Source: Lingula anatina (lineage: Eukaryota > Animalia > Brachiopoda). From it: a stretch of 64,000 nucleotides of DNA. Position numbers and translations under genes: made by a program. The notes beneath the pieces are model-generated. The model ran no database searches, was not told the origin of the DNA, and saw nothing but the letters and a program-made list of their open reading frames with translations. Shown one piece after another: positions 21,177-36,800 of this stretch. Location: NCBI GenBank assembly GCA_051362555.1, contig CM120649.1, positions 1,736,001 to 1,800,000 on the forward strand. The letters are read 5' to 3'. Position 1 is the stretch's first letter. Each line of letters starts with the position of its first letter.

Positions 21177-22587
21177 ACCCCGGGATATGCAATAGGGGAT
21201 CTACCTTTATTTGATTATATTAAAAACCAAAATTATAATAAATATTCATTTGGACATTCATTGAAAATTCTCAATTAAGCATATGTATTGAAAATAAAAT
21301 ATTTTGGGCATTGCATCTTATTATTTTTATTGCTCCGCAATTTTTACATCTCTTTTGTTTTACCATTTATGATTCTTAACATAGAACCCTTGTCGTTTTT
21401 AGCACGACAAAACGATATGGTCAATGGATTATTTTTAATTTTTTTTTTTTTAATATTTCATTAACAAATACCACATTGCATTGTATCCAAACTGTGGTGC
21501 AAGTGCAGTTGTGAGCAAACTCTCTGCTTGACTACATTACAACATATTTCATGATTTTAAGGCTCAAGATTATTGGCCCTATATCTTGCAATGGTGAAAC
21601 GTCCTTTTAAGAAACTTTCGGTGCATATGGTGATCCAGATCAAAATTATATAAAAAAGTTTAAGTAGTCCCTGGCCTAACCTGAAATTTCATCAAAGTTG
21701 TTACTTGTATCTCTTGCAAAACTATATGTAGTATACATGCACTAGTTGAAAAGTGCCTTGTGTCTTGTTCACATGATCTGCCTTGATATTTGTGTCATAA
21801 TTTTATTGATTTGCATTCCCTGATGATGAAACCCATATTTATTCATTCATTCATCCTTTCATTTTTTCCATGTTTACGAACATTTTTATTTCAAATATAC
21901 AACATTGGTCAAAAAGGTTGTCCCACCTCTAATTCTATGTGCTTTTGTTTAAAAGACGCCACCAGATAGTACCAAATTTACACACAAATAGCATGGGGAT
22001 GTGCTTGTTAAAGGTCACGTGTCAAAACATCGTGTATGTCTATTGCGTACTGCAATTATCCCCTGCATCGGACGCCATTTTATGTCATCTTTTAGTTTTT
22101 TTACAGCAAGGGATGATATGTTGTCTTCAAATCCAGCGCCAAATGGAAGTCATCATTGTGATTATAAGGCAAACTGTTGTAAAGCAAATGGCTTACACTT
22201 TCAATAATTACAGATAACAATTAAAACGGAATCAAATGTGTAAAAGGATAGCTATAAAGTATAATGATGATAACTATGGGTGTGCTAGCGACGATGCCTA
22301 CAAAGGGAGGGATTAACGTGCTACAGTAAGAATTCTTTATTTATAAATGTACTTTGGAATTAAGGAGCATCACACAAAAAATATTTTTAGTTAATTGTGA
22401 GAGATAATTTATAATATTATGTAGCACAATTGGTGATGAAAACTTCTACTCGAAGTATCAGAAGATATTTGTCTTTAGTGCTACTTTCCTTAATAAGGTC
22501 TAAAGGTGATGTTTAACTGAACCATGTCACTCAATGAACCAAATGTTTCACTCTTCAATATTTCAATCCCCTTGTATTTTTTTCAGT

Positions 22588-22940
22588 TGAGTGCGACTCT
22601 AGAAAATGTTTCGACCGCGGGACCTGCGTACTGGACAGATATGGCCTGTTTTGCTTCCGGTGTCAATGTCCCGAAGGTTTTTAAGGACTGAGATGCAGCG
22701 TGGGTGAGTTCTCTCCCCTCCAGATTGCACATTTACCTGTAGTCAACCAGTGTTCCGTTATTATAATGCAAGAGTAGCTTATATGGTCCGAGATCAGGTG
22801 CCTCTCTGTGTAATTGTGATACTGCAAGTGCCAAATTCTAGTGATTAAATTTAGCCATTGGCTAAATAATTCCAATATGTAGCCAAATAATATAATAACG
22901 CCCGTTAAGTTGATTTGAAAGTGAGAAGTACACAATCGTT

Positions 22941-23020
<80 letters not shown>

Positions 23021-23036
23021 AAAAATAGAACAGTAG
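22588..23036. repeat. Dispersed repeat, second copy at ~45912-46304; includes (TA)n at 22943-23017
   Basis: Near-identical sequence from tgagtgcgactctagaaaatg to aaaatagaacag. Confidence 0.85.
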
Positions 23037-26000
23037 CAGTCTGTCCGCAGATCTGGCATATCAATGCGTAAGCGGTGATCATTACAAAAACACCTACGCG
23101 CTTGCACAAAATAGTCCGCAACGTGTGTTTCGCGCCATGTTTTCAAAAATCCGTAGTTGTTATGTAAATCCACGAAGCTCTGTAAACAACTCATTATTTC
23201 GCTTAAAACTTTCAAGGAATAAAATTTAGAACTTGATGTAAGCGCGCAATATAAAATGAACATTTTAATTTCGACGAAAACCTTGTATCAGATGTCTAAA
23301 AATAGCACACGCATTTTTCTCAAGCAGATCGTCTAATTTTGTACCCTAAAATGAAATGATTGTAGAAAAAATGGACAAACTTACTTTATTGATATTGATA
23401 TAATTTATGCAACTATATATGCTGGAATTGAGCCAAAAAGAATAAAAAATTTGTACAACCGTCCTTTTTTGTGAAATCCCTATTTTAGTGCGAAGTATGT
23501 AGGTCAGTCACTGTCATAGTGAGAGTTGTTATGGAAAATAATACGTGAAAAAACGCCATCGGTGCTGCAGATCGACCATATCGCTGCCATAACATGGTTT
23601 TAGAATGGAAAAAAATCTGCCGTTTGCCTCAAGTTACATAGTTTTGGGTTTGCAGACTAAAAGATGAGTCTTTTTTTTTTTGCATTCACTAAGTTTCATA
23701 TAAGCGCCGAAATGTATAGAAATGATTTTGGAGTAAACTCCCTTCGCATAGTTTAGATGCACTTGTTGACGTTCAGTACCAGTGAAATGTTATATTTTGT
23801 TGCAAAGTTAGTTGTACTTTGTGTAGGCCTACTAGCATACCTTTATCCGTTCTATTTCCTTTATGGAGTTGGAATCTAGACCTTTTCGAAATAGGGTGTG
23901 TGTGTCTATACACACCTGTTAACTAGCACATTGCGCAATCAGCATTACAGGTGTACTAATTTTAAGGTTTTTCCTGGGCAGGTTTCAAAGTTGTTTTATA
24001 TTATAAGTTTTAATATTGTGATTTTTTAAACAAATTATCTCAATTTATCTGAAATTGTTGGTAGTAAAAAAAGTCTTCAAATTTAACAAGTTAAAAAAAT
24101 CGTTTGTCAAGGCAGAGACACACATTTATGACCTATGCATTGTGCTTTTTCAGTTTTAGTGAAGGTTGACAGCATACCTACCCCTGCCTTAGCTATCGCA
24201 TGAGAATGGACTTGATGGCATGGAATGATGAAAAGATACCAGTTAGACAAAGCAGAAAGTAATTAAGTGTTTATATATAAAAAAGCAAATACTTCATTAT
24301 TTTTTTAACTAGCCTAATTGCTAGTAGGACCAAGGAATTATTAATACTATAGAGTATAGTAAGAAATTACTTTGATAAACAACTGGTGTGAGACTGACAA
24401 TGAGGTGATTTTTTTTTTCTATGGATTTTTCATTAAATTTCAGTTTTTATCTGCTTTGTATAAATTTCTTGTTTCTACATACATGTATGATTTTATCATT
24501 ATATTATATTTATTTTTAACAGATTCCCGAATTTCATATCAGCTGACAATAAGGGAAGAGGTGTTCTAGTCAAGACAAGGGAAAATGTATTTCCATACGA
24601 TTTTGTGTGATGGTGCTGTGCTGTTGATGCAGGTGTGACTGAACAAGAGATGGTGTTTTGTAGAGTCTTGGATATTGTTTACCCTAGAAACCTTTCTCAT
24701 AGCAGACAAGTTCTGGAACAATACTTTCTTCAAGTATTAAACAGGATGGGCTTTGACCCAAAAGACTTCCACTAAGAGTGGCCTGCCTTTAAAGAGCACA
24801 TAGGTGGCATGTTTATAGTGAATAAAAGTAAAGATATGTGTATGGATTTGTTTCAAGGCTAGGAGACCAGACAAAGATTAGAATACATGCAATAATGCTA
24901 ATTGAAATTGCCTTGTTCACCCTGTCCACTTCTCAGGTGGACCGTGGAGAGAGGATACAGTGCTCTCAAAAGAATCAAATCTGACTGAAGGTCAAGTTTG
25001 GGGAATATTATGCTTAAGTTAACCAAATTTTGACAGCAGTTTTATAGGGGCCAAGTTTTGATGATCATTTAGTGAAGGAATCTATCAACCACTGGGTGGC
25101 AGGGTGACACTCTGGGAAAACGGCCCAATTTTGAACTTGAAAATTGATTTAGTTTTCTGATTGTCATATCCAGCATTCTAAGGATTCTAAGGAAATTAAA
25201 AAATTGAAACATACTCGTATACTGAAGTTTTCTTTTTTATTTTTAATGCATTCTACTTTGTTATGTATTTAATTACAAATTATATTCAAGAATTTTAAGC
25301 CGGGGATGATCTTAATGTATGTCAGTTTTGGCTTAAGTAATATTCATAACTTGCTGGGGCAGGTGCTTCTCCTGCCCTCAGAATAGAGTCAATAGACAGA
25401 TCAAGTTGGCCAACGAGTTTATTGGAACCTAGTTACCTGCTTTAATTTTAAAGGCAAAAAGCTTCCAAAAACTTTTAAAAAGTCCAGTGCATGTTCATGA
25501 GGCTGAATGAACATTTCCCAGGAACAGTGCTTTAAGGACATAAATTTTAAATGTTTACTTAGTTTTGTTTATCACACAGATTTCAATATTTTGCACTTTT
25601 AAAAACAGAAATGTAAATTTAAAATAGATTAGGGATATTTTTTTTTAAATTATATGTAAGAGACAAAAATAGTACTGGTACCTAGAAATAAATCTTGAGC
25701 AGTAAAATAAGAGAACAAGGCAGATCTTAATATAATGATTAAACCGGTGTTGAACGATTTTTTTATCAAAACCCTTTCAGGCTTTAAAAAGTACAACCTG
25801 GTCATAGGCCAGTACTTCTTTGTAAATATTTATTCAATTAAAAAATCTTGTTTTATTCATAACTAGTTCTAGCAATATCTTTTTATATTGGTCAAAATTC
25901 ACACTGGATTTCTTGTGGATTGGATCGTAACTATAATACCATTTTTGATGTTTTAAGAATGAAGTATATAACTCTTGGAATATTTCTGATTTTAGATGTA

Positions 26001-26997
26001 CTGCACATGTTCGTATTTTAATTTTATAATGACTTGTTTGCTCTTATATTCAGAATATTTAAGAAAACTTGTAGTCTTGCTAAGTCGGGTCAGTGCTGCA
26101 GGTTGGTCACGTGACGCTATAAATTATGATGAAAATGGGGTTCCATTTTTGTCGTCGTTTTGGAGATGCACTAATTTCCCCTCATAAAATGGGTAAAATT
26201 TGTAGGAGACATACCTTATGATATATCATTTGAAAGTTTATGATTTCGTCTTTCTGGAGAATGTAAATGTTTGAAAATATTTCGCTTTTCCTGCGATACA
26301 TAATCATAGTAACCTACAATGTACTGCACTTGAAAAAATCGGTTTTGCCAACTTTTACACCGACTTCACGGGATTATGAACACTTTGCCAACCAGATGGG
26401 AGCCGAACGCAACATATATTTCATAACAACACGAAGCCCACTTGTTTAGCTTTTAGAATTTATATAAAACGCTGGTGATATAAGCATTATAGCAATTTTG
26501 TTATAATTTAAACGCCCCAATGTTATACGCTTCAAAAATGCAAGTGCTTGGCGTCGCGTTCACCTCGCGCTTAAAAAAATGGACAAAGCTGAATTCACAA
26601 AATATATATACTACCAGAAAGCCAGTTTAACCAGCTTTCATGATTAAGTTTTTAAAAATTTGTACAATTTAAACTTCTTATAGAAATCTTTAAATAGAAA
26701 ATGTCGGACACCTGAAACGGGTCACCATTTGCAATCACCCTCGTGGATAAATCTTCCCTTTTATCGTTCTGAATCTATTTTTTATGACAACTAACCTTAA
26801 AATTCCGAATCCTTAGATATTCCCGCTTCTTTTTATGTATCTATTGTTTAATCACACCAACTTTTGACAAAAATACACATGAAAATACGAAGAGCTCAAA
26901 AGTCGTCCATTTTCACTCGATTTTGTTGAAAGTAGTGGGAAAATGGCCGTCGCTTCAGCCAGTGTGCACGCGCAGCTCGAAATCTGCGGACAGACTG
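23037..26997. mobile_element. ~4-kb non-autonomous TIR DNA transposon, superfamily unassigned
   Basis: Perfect 16-bp TIR CAGTCTGTCCGCAGAT (23037-23052) / ATCTGCGGACAGACTG (26982-26997). No clear TSD; comparison with 46300-46345 suggests a flank deletion. No long ORF. Confidence 0.7.
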
Positions 26998-27525
26998 TTG
27001 TTTATTTTGCTTGTCTATGACGGCCTTTATCAAAGTAGCACTTAAAATAACTGGGTGATGCAAATAAAATAGCTCACTGGTGTGAGAAGAATACTTTTGT
27101 TTAATATTTTGGCTATTATTCCAACAAATTCTCGCCATCACCTAGCTGTTTAGGGATGCACAGCACACACACACGAGCGAGAGAGAGGGAGAGAGAGACC
27201 GATGCCACGGATAGAAGAATTTGTTTATTTACTCGTTCGTTTTATTTACTTAATCGTGTTTGATGACAAAGTCCAAATTCGCATCCAGAATAAGCAATGC
27301 GAACTAACGAGCATCGCTTTTCATATAGTCATATGGTGGAAGTAATTTCATATCATCCAAAGCGTCATACGGGTTTTCATTATTTTTAATTCCGACGGCC
27401 TGTATCAAAGTAGCACTGAAATCAACTGGGTGACGCAAATAAAATAAAATAAAATAGCTAACTGGTGTGAGATGCCTCCTTTAGTGTAATGTTTTGGTTA
27501 TTTTGGCTGTTATTCCATCACTGTG

Positions 27526-27559
<34 letters not shown>

Positions 27560-29546
27560 GGCAAAGAGAGTTAAGCTAGCAGAGGAATAAAAAAATGATT
27601 GATGGCTGCCACGGAAAGAAGTATATCAACTATTTGATTTAACCTAGCAATACAAATATAATATAACATTGCTGTTATAGACCTTAATGAACTCTGGTTG
27701 AATATTTTTGGCTATCTCTCAATATCTTGCCCCAATCCAGTAGTTTATGTGGCGCACAGACACAAACACACGAGAGAGAGAATGTCATTAGAAATCTTTA
27801 TCGTTAGAACTGGGCCAATTCGACGGGTAACATCATAATAAAAAAGACAAACATATTGTTGGCTAGAGTTTCCTTTACCGCTTTACCTGAATACTAATAT
27901 TTGCCAAGCTACGGGAGTGTTAATGGAAGTCACGACCTGTATGAATTTTTTCTAGGTCAAATATAAAGTACACGTTTCATGCTGAACGAAAAAAGCCAAT
28001 GAAAGACCGACAAATGGCGATTGATAATAAACTGGGCATCCTATAGGCAAATAAGCACTATCGTGATTGGATAGTTTCTCGTGTGCCACGTTATTCACGA
28101 GATACACTGATGTCCCTGTGCTGGCTGTATATTATTACTAGGAAGTGAGAAGACGTTGCATTTCCTGACACGACTTCGACGAGAAAAAAGGAGGTAAGTT
28201 TTATGTTAACTGTAAAATGTTCTGATCGGTGCAATTCTGCAAACTTATGGTGATCTCCTGCACACACCAATTTTTGGCAACTAAGCTGTGACAACTCTCT
28301 CTGTGGTTCTGGAGGTACTTCCTCTCAAATATGTTGTGCTCATGTTTGGCCAGGAATCCAATGAACCTAGACGCGAACAAAGAGTGATTAAAACTGGAGA
28401 TGATTACCTTGGTTCAAACTTTGAACGACCGCCTTTTGAATTCTAAGAAAGGAATAATGTCATTTCCCATTTGTTGAAACTATTTCAATCATATTAAGAG
28501 CAAATTTTATATCAAGTGATTTCATCATACATTTATCGCTACAGACTATCAGGCAAATTGATTTGAAATTTATTGACATTGTACGGGCGTCCTAATGGAC
28601 GCTTGTCGATCCTGCAGGTATGCTCTCCAAGTTAAATGGATTATATGCATATCTGCTGAACGAAAAACAGCTGGTATTTACAGAACCTGCGAATGAGTTG
28701 CAAAAATGGTTTTAACAATATCTGGTTATAAGATGAACACACTTGACTTAATGGGTCCCCATATGTGTCACGATTATCACAAAGTACACTGTGACACTGG
28801 TAATCCATTCTTATGGTTTTAAAATGTAGTTGTCTGTATGAAACAAATGCATGTGACCACGGTCAAGGAAAAGATATCCTTACTTTTTGTCCTGTGTCAG
28901 AACTTGGTCCAAAAGCACCAAAACCAGTTTTATTGCTATGGTTACATAGCTAATTTTTGGCCAATGTTTTGAAAATCTTACAATTGTTAGGTTTCGAGGC
29001 CTTATTAAAGACATTAAACCAAGTAATTATTTTTATAAAGCCGATTAAGATAAACCGTAGTTTTACCTTTTTGTGGTACTTTTTGCATTATTAGATGTTC
29101 GATGTCTCAGTTGTTACTTGTATACGAAGTGTTGTTAAATTAACATTTTGACCAATTCTCAGAGAGTTTAGTCCCGGAAGTGGTCCCAGAAGTTTCAGAT
29201 TTCCTCATAAGTGGGCCATAATAACTTTTTGTTATTTATAGCTAGAAGAATAAATCATTTAACGTTTTGTGAACAATGTTTATTTATTCTTTTAAAGGGC
29301 GGAATTTAAATTGTTCCACATTTTAAATTTTGTAATGTATTTTATTGTGCAATATAACTCAATGAAATTTACAAAATTTATATTTTATTTAACTTTAAAG
29401 TAGTTTTGAGGAGGTTTATGCTTTAAATTTGTCTAAATGGTATGAAATATTGATATATTCACAGATAGTTTGTATTCTCTCACCAATAGTTCTTGTTAGA
29501 TTTGGCATCTGGAATATAAAGTTTTGCCTGGACTGTAAGGTCAATC

Positions 29547-29593
<47 letters not shown>

Positions 29594-30858
29594 GGTTTTA
29601 CATTATTTTACACGCTCCACAAGTAGCAGTAACAACGCACTTTTTTACTTCAACTTTTTTTTTATACAGCGTCCTTTAATTTTTCATTGGGATTTTTCAA
29701 TGATAGTTTATTTATTTATTTATTTATCTATTTATTTATTTATTTATTTATTATTGACTTACATATTGGTTGTTTCTTTGTTGCCTGCAAAAAAGAGATC
29801 AATCACCTTTTTTTACAAGGTCGATGCCTTCTCCCTCCTCTCTTGGTTCCCATCCCATCACAAGGCAATGTTTGCCTTGACGGAAGTACAATTATAGCCT
29901 CGAAATCCACAAAAGTTTGGTCACCCCATAAAGTAAAGGAGGCACTGCTCAATTACACATAAAATAATTATATTATATTGTGTAGCTATTCAGGGGATGG
30001 TTTTCATTTTTGGAATATCAAAATGACAAAAACTGACATTTTTAGTGTTTAACACAAAAAAAAAAGATATAAATAAAATAAATAAATATATAAATAAAAA
30101 TTATATTGTTACATATTTTGCCATTGTGACTATCCCACTTTTCAATAAGTGATGCTTGTTATCATGTGACTTATGTTATTGCTGATACATTGGTGAGCTG
30201 TGCTCAGCACCATAATGAAACACGCTGAGTGAGGTCACGGTGTAACTAAATGCTTAGTGAGGTTAAGCATCAATATTGTGTAGAAAGTGAAAAGGTAAAT
30301 CTTATGATTAAAATGTGCATCAGTATATTATTTGTCTTACTATTATTATCATTTTGATTAAATAATATTCCATGAACAAAGTATTCTTCACGTGAAAACT
30401 TACAGCAAACAAAGAGTTTCTGATCAAAAAGCCCTGAAATCTCATGGCAGAGTTTCAGTTTCATCTTTTCTGTCACCTTTACCAAATGATTCCAGCTTAT
30501 ATAATCTTCTAAGCTGAATACGATGTTACTGTTACCAGCACCCCACCCTGCAACCATGTTAGATTACATTGGAGACACTGTTTAAATGATAAATCGCTGG
30601 CACGCACAGGTAACTGCAACGATTTTGCCATGAGCGCTCGGTCGCAAATTGCAATGCACCCGAAAAAGATAATATATTGCCGTGTGGCATTGTATACGTG
30701 CCTCGTAATCTGCGATGTTTTCAAAAAAGCAAGCCCAATTTAGTTTAAAGATTGTCATACTTGTATGATGATGTTGATATTTTACCACTTTCTTATTCTG
30801 AACATCTTATTCTATTCGAGCATAGAAGCGCTATAAAACATCTAACATCAACCAATCA

Positions 30859-33800
30859 ATGACGGGATTGTTGTTCTGCCCGAGCCTTGTACTGGCCTTG
30901 ATGGCGTGCGTCTTTCTCAGTCAAACTCAGCTGAGTCAAACTAGTACCGGTAAGTGTTTAAAGACCAACTCGACATCCATGTACATGTACAATAGAATGT
31001 TTGCAATTCTGAGATACGATATCTATTTTCGTTTCAGCATTTTGATCTCAACATTGCTTGTTTGCAATAATTATATGCTTGGTTTTTATAGATCTTTTTA
31101 ATTATAAGTCATTCCCACCTTTCTGCGGAGAAAGCTGCGGGATATACCCTTCTCTTTGTTTAGTCGAATTGCCACCCCTGCATTGTTTTTTCCTGTAAAC
31201 TTTTATGCTGAAATGCATTCTTCCGGCCGAGGGAAGCAAAATTAGCTTGATTGATTAAAAGATTCATAGGGCCAGACAATTTTCACTGTGAATGCAGACA
31301 ATCAGTAAAACTATTGCCACAAGATGTTTCTAACCATGAAAGATGTGCCAAATTTGAGTAAATAGCGCTTAAACTTCGTTACAATTGTCGAAATGGATTT
31401 TCTTGCCGTTCGACCCTTTACACCAATCAAATCAGTGGAAACAGGGTCACGTGATCACTTGACCTACATCTTACAGATGTAAACAATGGATTTCCACGCT
31501 AAGCTTGTAGATTTTATGGAGGATTCCCACGCGTTGTTTTAGTGAAAAAAACATACGTTGGAGGTTTCAAAACCGATGTCAATAGTAAGAGCAAGGTTAG
31601 AGAAGTTGGAAAAACACGTGTATTTACGTAATTTGCTAAATGATGACAGAAATTCACGGCAAAATCATATGGTGTTCAGCCAGTGTGTATCACCTCAATC
31701 GCATGCCACACACTACACTACAGTATGTAATGATCGTGCAGTTATCTGTATTCTTAGATTGAATGCAGATAAATTCTCAGATGTGTTAAAGTGTATTAAA
31801 TTACTCAAAAATTAGTTGACTCCATATTTCATATTGGTAAATATAACAAAAATTCATGTGTAGAATTTTACAAAGTACCTGTATATATCATACATGCCGT
31901 CTGTTTGTGTAGCTGTGCCCAGGAAATTAAGTCAAAAAATTAAAGTGCTTGCAAAAGATCGAATTATAAAGTATTTTATATCAAGAATTAAAATGAATAT
32001 AAAGAAGTTTGTTTATTGTCATTAATTGCACCATTGTCTAGGAACAAAATATTAAAAGAAATTACAGCTCACAGTGAGCAAGGCTTTCATGTTCTTTTTG
32101 CCCTTCAGCAAATAATATAAAAAAATTAAAATACTAATATAACATTACAGATAATATAAAATTTCTCAACTTGATTGTTTTACCTGTGAAAACGTACCTT
32201 TCTGTGTTACTTATTAACTTATTAATATCATATACAAACATTAGTCACTGTCACTGCCATCCTCATCTTATGATCCACTAGCAACCCTTTGAGTTTTGTT
32301 TGTGCAATTTTTACAACCAGAGACATCGGTGCATGACAATTAATATCCATGACCTGAACACCTTTTCGAATCACATTTTAGAAGCTTTACACTTGCAGCT
32401 CATGTGGATGACACAGGACCTAGCCCCAGAGTGTTTTGCTATCCGTTGAACTTTACTTCAAGTTAATTGTTTTTTATTTCTCTCCCAAGTTCATTGAGGT
32501 GTGGTGCTACAATCCACTGCTTGGCAGCAGATCTGTGGATTTCTGATCTCTTGATCTCTCAATATACAAATTCAGAGCATCTTAGGTAAGAGGCATTATC
32601 TGCTAACTTGGGGTTGACAAGCAAAAAATGTTGAACCTGGCCTCATTTGCATTACTAGCTTCCTTCTGGCTAAAAAGATTGCACACAAATTATTCCATCA
32701 CTTTTGATTTTCTTTCTGCAACTGCAAAGACTGATCAAAGACAGGAGAAAGCCTCTATGAAGTCACTATTGCCATTATTCATGTATATATCAAAAGCTTT
32801 CCTCTCTCCTTTCCCCAAAAAGGGGTTGCAGATAGTTAAAAAACACTGGAAGTTTTGATATGCCACGCATGGACACTGATCGCAATGTCTTCTGAGATGA
32901 ACCTTGTACATGTGTTTTGGGTAGGGTCATACTACTGGTTAATGGTTCTAACATAACGTCATGTTTTGCTTTTTAGAGATCAGCATACAGTGTCCTCTCT
33001 CTGAGTACTGACTACTGACTTCTACCTTTTTTTCTATCTTTATATACCTTCACATATATAATTACATTACATTGGCTTCCCAGCCAGGTGGGTTGCCAGA
33101 GTGGTCACTTTAATTCAATTACACATGCGATAGAAAAGACTTCCAGACTGAGCACTAAATGGCTGCTACTAGTGGACACTGGGTTGATAACTTAAACTGA
33201 TTGATCAAGGTGAATAATATAGTTACAAGGCAGAGAACCATTCCTAAATACATTTGAGGTGGATGTATTTGTTAATCAAAGATATGGCTTCTTGTTTAAT
33301 TGAGTTACCTAGTGTGACTCTAAACAAACTGACTTCTTTAAACTTGACCTGTAAACTGATTATATAAGTATACATCCTAAAAACATTTAATCCGCACATC
33401 TATATAATTCAGGACACATAATGTTATATAACAACCTTATAAACTTCTGGAAATTAGATTAAATGTAAATGAATTGATCATATTTATAGTTGCTATTTCA
33501 ATGAAAAATTGAGAAAACTGAAAATTCATTTATGGCATTAAATTACAAGTATGACAGTTCTGTAAAATAAGTGAAATGAATTTTTTTACCTTTTCATCCC
33601 ATAAACAAGACCATTAATGTGACAGACACGGGTGGGAAATCAAAAACAATGAACTTGAAGTAAAGTGGATGACACACCCAGCACCTGAAAGTGTTTTGCT
33701 TTCCATTAGTTGCATGTGTATTTAGCTTCCAAATCTAATTCCAAAAGGTGTTCTTGTCGTGCATATAAATTGTCATGTACTGATGTCTGTGGTTGCAAAA

Positions 33801-36800
33801 ATTGCACAAACAAAACTCAAAGAAAAAGGGTTGCTAGTGGATCAGAAGATAAGGATGACAGTGATTCTGACTAATATTTGTAAGTAACAATCACAAGCAA
33901 CACAGAAAGTTTTATTTTCACACGTAAAACAATCAAGTTTAGAAATGTGTTATATTTCATATTGTATATAATATAAGTATTTTCATTTTTATAATATTAT
34001 TACTTGCTGAAGGGAAAAAAGAACATGTTTTTATGGGAAGTGAGGTTTTTGACCCAGTACCTTAGAGATAGAAACCAAGTTTTAGGTCACAACATAAAAA
34101 TATGAAAGCCTTGCTCACTGTTAGCTGTAATTTACTTTACTTTGCTGTTGTAACTAGACAATGGTACAATTAATTAACAATAAACATACTTTTTTAAATT
34201 AAACCTCTTATTTGACCTTGTGCAAGCACTTAAATACTTTTGAAATAATTTTTTGAGCAGCTACATAAACAGACAGCCTCTATGATACATATATAGTTTG
34301 TAAAATTATACACTTAGATTTTTTTTATATTTACCAAAATAATAATTTATTAGATAAAATTGCAACCCTAAGGTTGAGGTTGTACAAATAATGTTTAAAA
34401 GAAAATTGACAATAAACTTTAAATTATAAAACAATAAAGTATTCTTAAAATACTACAAATTAAAAAGGCATTCATAAATTACTACAAGTTAAAAAGGCAA
34501 TAATTAATAAAGGAATTTTTAAAACGTTCCGTCTTCACTTTTGGTTGTAAGAATTTGGTGTTGTTTGAAAAAATGAAATGAAATATAGTGTCAACTTATC
34601 TTTTTTGGTGATTATATGCACTTTAACACACCTGAGGATTTTAACTGCATCCAATCTGACAATACAGAGCGCAGATAACTGCAAGGTCATTACATAGTGT
34701 AGTGTGTGACATGAGATTGTAGTAGGTACACACGGGCTAAACAGCATATCTTTTTGCCGTGAATTTCTGACATCGATAGACCACCGCAAGTGAGGGACTA
34801 TTCCTATCAGAAACCCGCAACAGTTCTAGTGAATACACGTAAGCACGTAACCTTCAGCAAAATATGGCAGAAATTTTAAAAAAGCTACAAAAAATTCTGG
34901 TTTTGCACATTTAGTCTTATTAAAAACATATCCGCATTTTACATTTATGTTCATTATACTATTTTGTTAGCCATGATACTAAACTCTCAGAAACTGCTTT
35001 TTGACATTTTACAGATGGTGGCAGACGGTGACATCTCTAGAGAGTCCATCTGCCACTCCCACGAGCCCCATAGTCGAAGCATGATATGTTATATCTTGCA
35101 AGCTTTTTTAAAAGAAATTATTTCATCTGGCCTACAAAACTTAGAGTAGCTTATAAACTTGACCTTCTTAACCAGTTGACACGTACGAGATATTGATGAT
35201 TTTTCAGAATTCAAGATGGCCGTCAGTATGTTATGCGATTAGCAAGAGCCATACGTTCAAATAAAAAAATGTATTCTTCACATTGTTCATCATTGCATGT
35301 TTATGTATACGTCCATGCTAATTATGATCATTAATTACATTTCTGCAAGTCATTTAACAAAAAATGGACTTCAAAACACAATGGAAAGGGCAAAGAAACA
35401 GTTGTAAGACTACAAGTCTTATAACTGAAATAGACCTTAAATGAATCAAATATAAATATATATAAAGTAAAAAATATATACCTGCGGACAAGACATACCA
35501 CACAATAAAACATATTCTTTGGTTAAATAATACAATACGGAAAGCAACGTGTCCGTCAATGCTACTCTGTGATCGAAATAAATATCAGTTGCAGATAGAT
35601 CAGTCCTGACAATGAATTATTCTAAATAAAAATTACAGTGTGGATGATGATTGTGTTATCTTAGTATGTGTAAACCATATCATCATTTTGAAATTAAATT
35701 ATTCTATAAATTGGGATTATTCTTAACTTTTTTGTGTACTTTTAATACTTTTATGGGTAAATGCATTTTTGATTTTAATTGTGAATTTTGTAATAAATAA
35801 TCAAGATCCAGCTATTCTTGACAACGTGGCATAGTTCGGGGATGTGCGATGGCTACCCATCTACATCATGCAGTTGAAACGTTGTTTATGCCAATATATA
35901 CTGACAGTCAATGGAAGCTTTGAGGTAGGAATGTGCATTTCTACTTGTCGGGGGGTTGTTATTATTCATTGTGGATTTATTGATGACTTTGTGCTCAGGA
36001 AATTGAGATAATGATGAGATGTCATGTTGTCATGGTTCACTGCATATGGGTTAGTCTTTTTGAAAAAGTTGATCAAATACATACTGAGCAATACTCGTTG
36101 GGTATCTGCACATTTTGAGGATTGGTTTTGGAGACCTATATCAAGGCCCAAAAAGGCCATCATTGTTGTTAGTCCAGTGAAGAGAAACATGCCACGTCTA
36201 TCATGTGAACAACGTACGTCTCTGGGCACTGGGAATGGGGGTCCGATTTGAAAAAAGTCATTGTCAGGCGTAGGCCTATGGACTGTTCCCAACCCACAAT
36301 CAGGAACCTGGTTGAATGATACGACATACCAGGCTCTGTTGGCGCCAGACCTCATTCAGGGCGAGAGAGTGTCAAGTCCCAACCAGGATCGCTACATCAG
36401 GTTGCATCACCTGCTGGACCGGTTTCGCCATGCCAGTCACACAGCACAAAAAATCACCCGGTAGGAGCAACAACCGGAGCAGCAGCCCCACTTTGCGACG
36501 ACGCTTGCGGGAGGTCAACCGTTGGTGGTTGTTCATGGCACCATACCAGTAACTGTTTGTCACTACATAGATCAGAATCTGCAACCTGACATGACCTCGT
36601 TCATGCAGCAGCAAATGATGTCACCGTCTACATTCGGTACAAATGGTCCAAGCGTATCTGGAGACCCTGGGGTGGATGTCCTACCTCGGCCTTCCTATTC
36701 TCCGAATATGAATCCAACTGAACACTTGTGGTACTATCTTGGTCGTCAGTTGGCAAGGGCAGCAGCTGATCCAGGTACTGTGACAAGACTGGAATAGGAT

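Noticed and set aside
21900-22260. Possible second Academ-type Cys-rich relic (HCDYKANCCKANGL)
   Set aside because: Too degraded and no termini found.
22681-23263. 146- and 133-aa minus-strand ORFs
   Set aside because: Artefacts of the (TA)n microsatellite (poly-IY).
24527-24700. SET-domain-like words (DNKGRGV...DFV, CAVDA) inside the TIR element
   Set aside because: Short, interrupted by stops, and not distinguishable from chance without a profile search.
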